Assembly (NCBI RefSeq): GCF_000025505.1
Contig: NC_013849.1
Location: forward strand, 1,470,001 to 1,502,000
Direction: 5' to 3'
DNA length: 32,000 nt
Source: Ferroglobus placidus DSM 10642
GTDB taxonomy: Archaea; Halobacteriota; Archaeoglobi; Archaeoglobales; Archaeoglobaceae
Shown one piece after another: positions 24,964-32,000 of this stretch. The notes under the pieces were generated by a model. It made no database searches, had not been told where the DNA came from, and saw only the letters and a list, made by a program, of their open reading frames with translations. Numbering within the stretch: the first letter of the stretch is position 1; each line of letters begins with the position of its first letter. Made by a program: the position numbers and the translations under genes.

Positions 24964-26811
24964 ATGGTGGAGTTCATCGTCGATTTGAATGGAAATGTAG
25001 TTTGGAAGGACAAAAAATTTGCGGTGGTGTTTGATGATAAAAAGAAATGTTACGAGTTGATCCACAAATCCGAGGAAAGACCATTTTTTTGTCCAGCTCT
25101 AAGGAATGAAGAAAAAGTCTTCTTTTGCGAATACGCTGGAGAGGATAGAATTTTCGAAGTTACGAGAATCGAGCTTGAGGGTAAGGTTTACTACCACCAC
25201 AGGATGAAAACTCTGAAAGAAACTATCTCGGAATTCGTTGAATGCGAGTTAATATCAAGCAAAGCTGGAGTCGGCTACGCTTTAATAATTGACAACAAAA
25301 TCTTGAAATCTCACAATTGTGAAGCCGGAAGCTACGAGGAGATTAAGAGTAAGTACAAGCTTCTTGCCGAGATTGGGTGTTACTTCGGAGATCAGACTGG
25401 TAAGGTTTTAGTTTTCTCTAAGGAAGACTCGCTAACTTCAAAAGTCGACGAAGCTTTCAAAATCCTGAGGGTTATTGAAAACTCCGAAGTAGTTGGCATG
25501 CTGATATATCAGGACGACTACTTCGTCTACGTAAACAGAGGTGCAGAAAAAGTCACTGGATTTAGCAAGGAAGAGTTGATGTCTAAACCCTTCTGGGAGT
25601 TCGCCCACGAGTCTGTCAGGGAAGTTGTCAAGGAAAGAGGTAGGAGAAGGCAGAGAGGAGAAAAGGTTGAGCCGAGAGTTTACGTAATTCCCTTTATCAC
25701 GAAGGCGGGCGAAGTAAAATACGGACTGTTTTGGTTCGACAACATAATTTACAATGGGAAACCTGCGGGAATAACGATTTTCTTCGACGTAACGGAAAGA
25801 ATTGAAAGCGAAGAACTCTTCAAGAGTCTTTTCTTCTCCTCTCCAATTGGACAGTACATTCTCGTCGACAAAAAGTTCGAGATAGTCAACTCTACTTTCG
25901 AAAAAATTACCGGATACTCTCTGGAAGAGCTTAGAGGCAAGTACTGGTATGAGCTCGTTCACGAAGAGGATAGGGAGAAGGTCAGAAGGTGTGCCGTTGA
26001 AATGCTGAAAGGTTTGAGGAATGAACCCTACGAGTATCGAGCGGTACGTAAAGACGGAAAAGTCAAGTGGATTCTCGAGAGCGTCGTTCCTATAAGATAC
26101 AAAGGAAAAAGAGCAGTGTTGGGGAACTTTATGGACATAACCGAAAGAAAAGAGCTCGAAGAACTCAATGAAAGGCTTTTAGAATACACGACGCACCTAA
26201 ACAGAATGCTCAGGCACGATCTTAAGAATGTCCTCTCCGCAATCTCTCTTTCAACTGAGCTTCTCAAAGAGCAGAAAGTTAACGAGAAGCTCACGGAGCT
26301 GATAGAGAAATCCGTAAGTAAAGGGTTTGAAATCATAGAATCGGCGAAAGAGTCGGAGGAGGTATTAAAAACTGGAAAGCTTAAGGAAATTAACCTTAAG
26401 GACGTTTTAACGAAAATTGAAGAGTGCTACGAGAACGTGGAAATTAACGCTGAAGAAGTGGTTGTTCTGGCTGACAACACTATTTTCAACGTGCTAACCA
26501 ATTTGGTTGAGAACGCATTCAAACACGGAGGAGCGAAGAAGGTGAGAATTTCGGTGAGAAAAGAGGACGAATTTGCCGTGATAACTGTGGAAGACGACGG
26601 AAAAGGAATTCCCAAGGAGATTAGAGAAAAAATATTCGACTACGGTTTCAGCTACGGAGAAAAAGCCGGTAATGGTATGGGGTTGTACGTCGTTAAAAAA
26701 GCCGTTGAGCGGTGGGGAGGAAGAATAAGCGTGAGCGATAGCGACCTCGGCGGAGCCAAATTTGTAATAATGCTCGGGTGCGTCGAATGCCTACGGAAAA
26801 AGCACTCTTAA
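24964..26811 (+). CDS. Cytosolic PAS-PAS sensor histidine kinase
   Basis: Two PAS domains (YVNRGAEKVTGFSKEELMSKP, IVNSTFEKITGYSLEELRGKYW), H-box RMLRHDLKNVLSAISL, ATPase NVLTNLVENAFKH...VEDDGKGIPKEIREKIFDYGFS...GNGMGLYVVK. Confidence 0.93.
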   Translation: MVEFIVDLNGNVVWKDKKFAVVFDDKKKCYELIHKSEERPFFCPALRNEEKVFFCEYAGEDRIFEVTRIELEGKVYYHHRMKTLKETISEFVECELISSKAGVGYALIIDNKILKSHNCEAGSYEEIKSKYKLLAEIGCYFGDQTGKVLVFSKEDSLTSKVDEAFKILRVIENSEVVGMLIYQDDYFVYVNRGAEKVTGFSKEELMSKPFWEFAHESVREVVKERGRRRQRGEKVEPRVYVIPFITKAGEVKYGLFWFDNIIYNGKPAGITIFFDVTERIESEELFKSLFFSSPIGQYILVDKKFEIVNSTFEKITGYSLEELRGKYWYELVHEEDREKVRRCAVEMLKGLRNEPYEYRAVRKDGKVKWILESVVPIRYKGKRAVLGNFMDITERKELEELNERLLEYTTHLNRMLRHDLKNVLSAISLSTELLKEQKVNEKLTELIEKSVSKGFEIIESAKESEEVLKTGKLKEINLKDVLTKIEECYENVEINAEEVVVLADNTIFNVLTNLVENAFKHGGAKKVRISVRKEDEFAVITVEDDGKGIPKEIREKIFDYGFSYGEKAGNGMGLYVVKKAVERWGGRISVSDSDLGGAKFVIMLGCVECLRKKHS

Positions 26812-27860
26812 AAGAAGTTATAGAGCTGCTTAGAGAGAGCGAGGAGAAGTACAGGAGGATTTTTGAGAATTCGAACCTCGCAATAATCCTGGCTGATAAG
26901 GACGGAACAATAAAAGAAGCGAACGCAAAAGCGGAAAGAATTTTCGGAAAGGTAATGGGCAAGAACATTAGAAGGCTGAGCGAGAGAATGTTTTCTGCTG
27001 TAAATAGAAGCATATACGAAGACAGCTTGATAGAGTTTGAAGAGAGAATTCTGAACAGGTTTCTCAAAGTCCTCGTAGCGCCTGTGGAGATAGGTGGAAG
27101 AGCAGAGGCTATCGTGATATGCGACGACATAACCGATCTCGTAACTTACCAGCGACTCTTAAAAGCGCTTCTCGAAGTTGAAAGGAAAATTCTCTTGGAA
27201 AGAGATTTGAACGAGATTTTCGAGTTTGCTGAAAACGTTCTCGTTAGTAGCATAGGCTACGAGAAAGTTCTCGTCGGAGAGCTAATTAAAGAGAAAATAA
27301 AATTCGTAGATTTAACGGTTGATGATTACCAAAAGCTGGGAATGAAGTGCGTGGAAACTGCTTTGAAAACGAAAAAACCGGTTGTTGCCAATACGGAGAA
27401 GAGCAAAGCTTGTAAAAATTGCATGTTCGCGGATGATAAGGGTCTCGTGACAATGGTTTTTCCAATTTTTGGAGGCGATAAAAACTATTTACTCTTCATA
27501 TTTTCGAAAAGAGAGCCAACGAGCGAGGAAGTCGATCTTCTGCTTACGACGAGCGAAAGCATATCCTTTAAAATAAAAGCTCTGAAAATGGAAGAAGAAA
27601 AAGAAGAAGCTCTAAAAGCAGTTCTTGAAAGCATAAAAATTTACAGCGAACTGGTAGATCAAATAAGAAATTACATCACGGTAATAAAAGGTCTCGTAGA
27701 GTACAAGGAAGACTTCTTAAGGAAGTTCGGAGAGAAGTTCTACGAAATAATCGCCGAAAGAGCTGACATGATTGACGAGCTGTTAAAAGAGATAGATAAA
27801 GATTGGGTAGAATTGGAAAAACTAATTGAAAAAATTACTCCTCCTTCTTCTCAAGAGTGA
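26787..27860 (+). CDS. PAS-GAF protein with degenerate DHp-like helix and no ATPase domain
   Basis: PAS: [43 protein letters not shown]-like: [28 protein letters not shown].... C-terminal [22 protein letters not shown]. Track start 26778 (GTG); ATG 26787 alternative. Confidence 0.75.
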   Translation: MPTEKALLKEVIELLRESEEKYRRIFENSNLAIILADKDGTIKEANAKAERIFGKVMGKNIRRLSERMFSAVNRSIYEDSLIEFEERILNRFLKVLVAPVEIGGRAEAIVICDDITDLVTYQRLLKALLEVERKILLERDLNEIFEFAENVLVSSIGYEKVLVGELIKEKIKFVDLTVDDYQKLGMKCVETALKTKKPVVANTEKSKACKNCMFADDKGLVTMVFPIFGGDKNYLLFIFSKREPTSEEVDLLLTTSESISFKIKALKMEEEKEEALKAVLESIKIYSELVDQIRNYITVIKGLVEYKEDFLRKFGEKFYEIIAERADMIDELLKEIDKDWVELEKLIEKITPPSSQE

Positions 27861-28113
27861 TCTCTATCGTCGAGACGTTTACTTTCCTTCCCTGTTCGCT
27901 TTCGAGCTCTTCCGTGTCTATTTTTATGCTCGTCACGTCCACGTTTGGCAAAAACCTGTTTCTGACTATCTCTGCAACGTCAACAGCTCTGCTTATCGCC
28001 TTTCCCCTCGCCTTGATAACAACCTTCGTTGCCCCCTCATTGAATTGCGTTAATGTCGCGAGCACATAGTTCATTATCGGCTTTGTCCCGACGAATACTG
28101 TTCCCTCGCTCAT
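27835..28113 (-). CDS. albA: Alba archaeal chromatin/RNA-binding protein
   Basis: [86 protein letters not shown]. Track start 28119; the second ATG (28113) is likely. Confidence 0.95.
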   Translation of the reverse strand: MSEGTVFVGTKPIMNYVLATLTQFNEGATKVVIKARGKAISRAVDVAEIVRNRFLPNVDVTSIKIDTEELESEQGRKVNVSTIEITLEKKEE

Positions 28114-28158
28114 GTTCATGCGGAAAGCATTTCGTTATTTAAGTTTTGCTTAAGGTGG

Positions 28159-29505
28159 ATGGTTAACTTCGAAAGCTATTTCCTCCGAAATCACTCAGTA
28201 AAACTGAAAAACATATTTATAGCGATAGCCGAAGTCCCTATTGTGAGGCTCCTCTCCCTCCTACTGATCTTAAGTTTAAGCTTGATCGGAGCTGCTAATG
28301 CTCAAGTGATAGTTTCGATTAACGCGGAATACAGAATGAGCGATCTGAATTCCGGTAAAGACGTTTTCATTCTCAGATTCAAGAATATCAACGAGACGAC
28401 GAACATGCTTTTAAGCTTGGATCTCCCTCCAATAAGACTTTACGGAGATTATTCAGTTAGAAGCATTCCTTCCGGTGGAATAGATTACAGAGTGGTTGAG
28501 GTTAACAACACTCCATACTTGCTCGTGAGCGTAAGGAAAGTCCTAACGCCTTTGGAGGAGTACGAGGTTATTGTTGAACGGGAAATCGAAAGCCCCTTTG
28601 TGAAGCTCGACGGCATTTACAGATTCGTCGCAATGGAGTATCCCGACTTCTTCTTAGCCAGCGGAATTCATGTTTCTTCCATAAAGATCGCTCTCGACTT
28701 TCCTGACAGAATTTACATGAATTACAAAGTTATATCCCTCAGCTCCAATTCGAGGATAATCTACGGAGCTCTTGACACCATCGACAGAATAGAGTGGACT
28801 TTCAGCGATCCAAAAACTCAGTCTGTTGCGATAGTAGAATTCGTCGAAACTCCAAACTACTTCTTCATAAACGTCCTCGGAGCTTCTCTAACGGCTTTAG
28901 CCTTCGTCGGTTTGTTCATTTTAAACGCGAGGCTCGAAAGAAAGCTGAAATCTCACGAATTTATAGCTTCTCCACCTTTCAGCGGAGAAATTCTGACGAG
29001 GATGAAGGAGATGATAAAGAGGGCTGAAAAGGAAGTTCTCCTAACTTCCCCCCACATCTACTACACCGATTGGCTAACAGCGGAACTTCAACCCCTCTTC
29101 TCAAAAGGTGTGGATGTGAAAATAATCACGTGGCCGGGTTACGAAAGAAGACAGTTCAAGAGCGTTGAAGAAGTTTACGAAGATAAGAAGCAGCTTTTCA
29201 CGCTGAAAAGATTTCTGGAGATGTTTCCGAGGGGAAGCGTTAAACTTAACGACAACATACACTCCAAAGTTTTAATAGTTGATGAAAGGGAGGTGCTGCT
29301 AACGACAGCCAACCTAACTCAGACCGGACTGTTCGAAAACTACGAATCTGGAATTTACGCCAAAAATGAGGAACTCGCCAAGGCTGCGAGAAACTACTTT
29401 TACCAGGTGTGGAATTCTGAAGAGTCCGTCTTTCTTTCGGAAGAGATGCTCGACGTTAAGAAGTGTTGGGAGGAGATAATGAAGAGGAAGGAGGCGAGGA
29501 GATGA
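28159..29505 (+). CDS. Membrane protein with extracytoplasmic beta-rich region and C-terminal PLD-like (single HKD) domain
   Basis: Hydrophobic N-terminal segment, TM FFINVLGASLTALAFVGLFILNA, then AEKEVLLTSPHIYYTDWL...NIHSKVLIVDEREVLLTTANLTQTGLFENYE. Confidence 0.82.
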   Translation: MVNFESYFLRNHSVKLKNIFIAIAEVPIVRLLSLLLILSLSLIGAANAQVIVSINAEYRMSDLNSGKDVFILRFKNINETTNMLLSLDLPPIRLYGDYSVRSIPSGGIDYRVVEVNNTPYLLVSVRKVLTPLEEYEVIVEREIESPFVKLDGIYRFVAMEYPDFFLASGIHVSSIKIALDFPDRIYMNYKVISLSSNSRIIYGALDTIDRIEWTFSDPKTQSVAIVEFVETPNYFFINVLGASLTALAFVGLFILNARLERKLKSHEFIASPPFSGEILTRMKEMIKRAEKEVLLTSPHIYYTDWLTAELQPLFSKGVDVKIITWPGYERRQFKSVEEVYEDKKQLFTLKRFLEMFPRGSVKLNDNIHSKVLIVDEREVLLTTANLTQTGLFENYESGIYAKNEELAKAARNYFYQVWNSEESVFLSEEMLDVKKCWEEIMKRKEARR

Positions 29506-30455
29506 TATTCGACGACATCGGCAGTTTTCCCCTCCCTGAGGGGATTTCGAAGGATTGGGTTGAGAAAAATTACCTAAGCAAGGAGTACGCTGAGATGGTG
29601 AAAAGAGCGTTTATAATGAAGCAGAAGGCTGGGGTTGAGCTACCGAATTATCCCCAGTTCAGGGACATGAACGAGATGTTTCTGGAAATAATCAGAGACG
29701 AGAAAAAGCAGGAGGAGCCTTTCGTTGTAAAAAAAGATGAGGCGGTAATTGTTGAACTCGAAGTTTTGAAGGAAATGAAAGTTGAAGCGGTTAGGGTTTG
29801 CGTAACCGGACCCTTTGAACTATACTACAGAGAGTTCGGAACTAAAATTTACGATGACGTTCTGGAAGCTTTTGGAAAATCCGTTGCGAGGTTCGTTGAG
29901 AAAGCCTGTGAGTGGGATGCCGTTAAATGCGTTAGCTTGGACGAGCCGAGCCTTGGAACTAATCCGGAGCTTCAGCCAAGTCTTGATCAGATTCAGATTG
30001 CCTACGAGAAGATTAAAGCAAATGTTGACGTTCAAATTCATCTTCACTCTCCGGTCTTCTACAGAGAAGTCCTCGAAGTTGAGAACATTAACGTCATAGG
30101 GATAGAAGCTGCGAGAGATGAAAAAGCCATGGATTTCGTTGATGTTGAAGAGATAGAAAGTTACGATAAATTCCTCAGAGTTGGTGTTGCGAGAAGCGAT
30201 TTCGACGCGATGATTGCAGAATACAACGCTAAAACCGGAGAGAACGTCTGGGGAGATGTTGAAAAAATGGAGAGAGCTCTGGATGAAATAGAAAGCGTCG
30301 AGAAGATAAGGGGAAGGCTGAAAAAGGCTGTAGAAAAGTTCGGAGAAAGGTTGAAGTACGTTGGAGCAGATTGCGGGCTTATGAGCTTTTACTCACAAGA
30401 GCTTGCTTTCAAACACCTGAGAAAAATAAAGGAAGCTAAGGAGGGATTGAAATAG
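29502..30455 (+). CDS. Archaeal methionine synthase-like (cobalamin-independent MetE C-terminal-type) protein
   Basis: DDIGSFPLPEGI...AFIMKQKAGVELPNYPQFRDM...CVSLDEPSLG...VQIHLHSPVF...NVIGIEAARDEKAMDF...RLKYVGADCGLMSFYSQELAFKHLRKI. Track start 29463; ATG 29502 fits the family N-terminus. Confidence 0.87.
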   Translation: MIFDDIGSFPLPEGISKDWVEKNYLSKEYAEMVKRAFIMKQKAGVELPNYPQFRDMNEMFLEIIRDEKKQEEPFVVKKDEAVIVELEVLKEMKVEAVRVCVTGPFELYYREFGTKIYDDVLEAFGKSVARFVEKACEWDAVKCVSLDEPSLGTNPELQPSLDQIQIAYEKIKANVDVQIHLHSPVFYREVLEVENINVIGIEAARDEKAMDFVDVEEIESYDKFLRVGVARSDFDAMIAEYNAKTGENVWGDVEKMERALDEIESVEKIRGRLKKAVEKFGERLKYVGADCGLMSFYSQELAFKHLRKIKEAKEGLK

Positions 30456-31069
30456 ACTATCTAAGTTTCTTTTTCACGGCTTTAACGACTCTATTCGTCA
30501 TAGTCGATCCCCCCGGAAACATCCCGATGTTCATAGCTTTAACAGAAAAACTCGATAAAGATTTGGTGGACAGAATTTCGAAGAAGGCTGTAACGATAGC
30601 CTCGTCGATCCTCATAATTTTCGTTTTTGGCGGTTACGCAGTCATGGAATTCTTCAGAATATCGATAGAATCGTTGAAAGTGGCTGGAGGGCTTTTGCTG
30701 TTTATAGTCTCGGTGGACATTTTACTCGGAAGAAAAACGAGGGAGTACTACTTCCAGAAGGGGCTTGAAAGCGTCGATGTCGATTCTATAGCAGTCTTTC
30801 CTCTCGCGTTACCCCTTTACACGGGTCCCGGAGCGATAACGGCAACGATAGTCTTAGCCTCGGAAGCTGATATCGTAGGAAAAATAATTTTGGTTCTTGC
30901 GATACTCGTCGTTTACGGAATAGTCAGACTCACGCACGTTTACAGCGCAGCGATAATCTCCCTTCTCGGAAAGAGCGGCTCTGATATAATCGCCAGAGTT
31001 ATGGCGATTTTCCTCGCTTCGATAGGGGTTGAGTATATATTTGACGGAGCGCTATCTATTCTGAGGTGA
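30446..31069 (+). CDS. MarC family integral membrane protein; N-terminus extended upstream of the track ATG
   Basis: Upstream in-frame translation IEIDYLSFFFTALTTLFVIVDPPGNIPMFIALTEKLDKD restores the conserved MarC N-terminal TM. Exact start uncertain (no ATG/GTG/TTG; candidates ATT 30446 or ATA 30452). Confidence 0.85.
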   Translation: MEIDYLSFFFTALTTLFVIVDPPGNIPMFIALTEKLDKDLVDRISKKAVTIASSILIIFVFGGYAVMEFFRISIESLKVAGGLLLFIVSVDILLGRKTREYYFQKGLESVDVDSIAVFPLALPLYTGPGAITATIVLASEADIVGKIILVLAILVVYGIVRLTHVYSAAIISLLGKSGSDIIARVMAIFLASIGVEYIFDGALSILR

Positions 31070-31073
31070 GAGC

Positions 31074-31811
31074 ATGCATAGAGCAATCGCCGAAAAAATT
31101 CCAGAGGGAAAAAAGATCGCTATCGGAATTTACAGGGAAAGAGAAGGTTACGACAAGAAAGTTATGAAAGCCGCGAAACTCTGCAACTTTGCCGAAGTTG
31201 TTGTCGTTGACGAGGGAGAAGAGACCGAAAAAAAGCTCTTAGACATGGTTGAAAAGGGGGAAGTTGATGCAGCAGTTAGAGGAACTGCGAGAGCCTCGAA
31301 GATGATCGCTGAGCTAAAAAGGAGAGGCTACGAGTTTGTGAGAATCGCTTTACTCGAAACCTTCTACGGAAAACTCTTCTTGCTCTCACCGGTCGGGGTT
31401 GACGAAGGAAAAACTTTGGCTGAGAAGATCGTGATTGCTGAAGAAGCTAAGAAAATGGCTTTAAAGCTTGGCATGAATGATAGAGTTGCTTTTTTAGCCG
31501 GAGGAAGGCTCGGGGATATTGGTAGGAGCGAGGAGGTCGACAGAAGTCTTGCTGAGGCTGAACTTCTCGCAAAAATTTGCGGGGGCGTAAATAGAGAGAT
31601 TCTACTTGAGGACGTTGAAGAGGACATAATAATTCCGCCGAACGGGATGATAGGAAACTACATATTCAGGGCGATGTGCTACCTCGGTGGAGGAAAAGAA
31701 TACGGAGCCTATTACGCTAAGCTACCCTTCACTCTGATAGACACGAGCAGAGCTCAGAGTGCCGAAGGCTATTTAAGAGCTTTAGCTTTGGCAGCGGTGA
31801 TGTCGGAATGA
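31074..31811 (+). CDS. mtxX: MtxX family protein (methanogenesis-marker-like, methyltransferase-related)
   Basis: MHRAIAEKIPEGKKIAIGI...AAVRGTARASKMI...FLLSPVGVDEG...AFLAGGRLGDIGRSEEVDRSLAEAELLA...IIIPPNGMIGNYIFRAMCYLGGGKEYGA. Confidence 0.75.
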   Translation: MHRAIAEKIPEGKKIAIGIYREREGYDKKVMKAAKLCNFAEVVVVDEGEETEKKLLDMVEKGEVDAAVRGTARASKMIAELKRRGYEFVRIALLETFYGKLFLLSPVGVDEGKTLAEKIVIAEEAKKMALKLGMNDRVAFLAGGRLGDIGRSEEVDRSLAEAELLAKICGGVNREILLEDVEEDIIIPPNGMIGNYIFRAMCYLGGGKEYGAYYAKLPFTLIDTSRAQSAEGYLRALALAAVMSE

Positions 31812-32000
31812 GAGAGTATCCGAAAAGACCGGTAATCGGTGTCGGAGCTGTAATAGTAGAGGACGGGAAAATCCTACTTGTCAGAAGAGCTAACGAGCCG
31901 AACAAGAATATGTGGTCGATTCCCGGCGGGTTGGTCAGAGTAGGGGAATCGCTCCACGAAGCTTTGAAAAGGGAAATTCTCGAAGAAATCGGCGTTGAGA
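31808..32000 (+). CDS. NUDIX hydrolase (partial, runs off the right edge)
   Basis: MREYPKRPVIGVGAVIVEDGKILLVRRANEPNKNMWSIPGGLVRVGESLHEALKREILEEIGVE contains the start of the Nudix box. Not in the supplied track. Confidence 0.9.
   Translation, partial: MREYPKRPVIGVGAVIVEDGKILLVRRANEPNKNMWSIPGGLVRVGESLHEALKREILEEIGVE

Noticed and set aside
1-32000. CRISPR array, prophage or defence island
   Set aside because: No spaced direct repeats, cas genes, integrase, phage structural genes or recognised toxin-antitoxin pair were found by reading the window. The only mobile element identified is the IS1-like element.

Overview
This is a chromosomal window from a hyperthermophilic euryarchaeon, most likely Archaeoglobales. 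That placement is inferred from gene content and order, not from a database search. Main content, left to right: (1) An AT-rich accessory region with a small winged-helix regulator and a complete IS1-like insertion sequence (694-1451). The IS has imperfect 20-bp terminal inverted repeats, a perfect 8-bp target-site duplication (GCATTTTG), and a transposase split across two frames at an A7 run. (2) A secretion/surface-fibre locus (1491-5757) with four small exported proteins, two of them clearly TasA/camelysin-like with SipW-type signal regions, a SipW-like signal peptidase with a Ser/His dyad, and a DUF5305-like membrane protein. (3) An initiator tRNA-Met gene on the minus strand. (4) A complete F420H2:quinone oxidoreductase operon in the order J-K-M-L-N-A-BC(fused)-D-H-I-F. 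(5) A phosphodiesterase, a NIF3-like protein, an Lrp-like regulator and tRNA-Ser(GGA). (6) A pair made of an actin/MreB-like ATPase and a multi-pass membrane protein. (7) A Grc3/Clp1-like kinase, YjbQ and RlmE/FtsJ cluster. (8) Two-component signalling genes, including a PAS-GAF protein with a degenerate histidine-kinase remnant. (9) Alba, a membrane-tethered PLD-like protein, an archaeal MetE-like protein, MarC, MtxX and a NUDIX hydrolase. The strongest leads are the putative archaeal fibre locus with EF-hand-like loops, whose apparent native promoter has been separated from the first gene by the IS, and the unusual frame junction of the transposase. No CRISPR array was seen.
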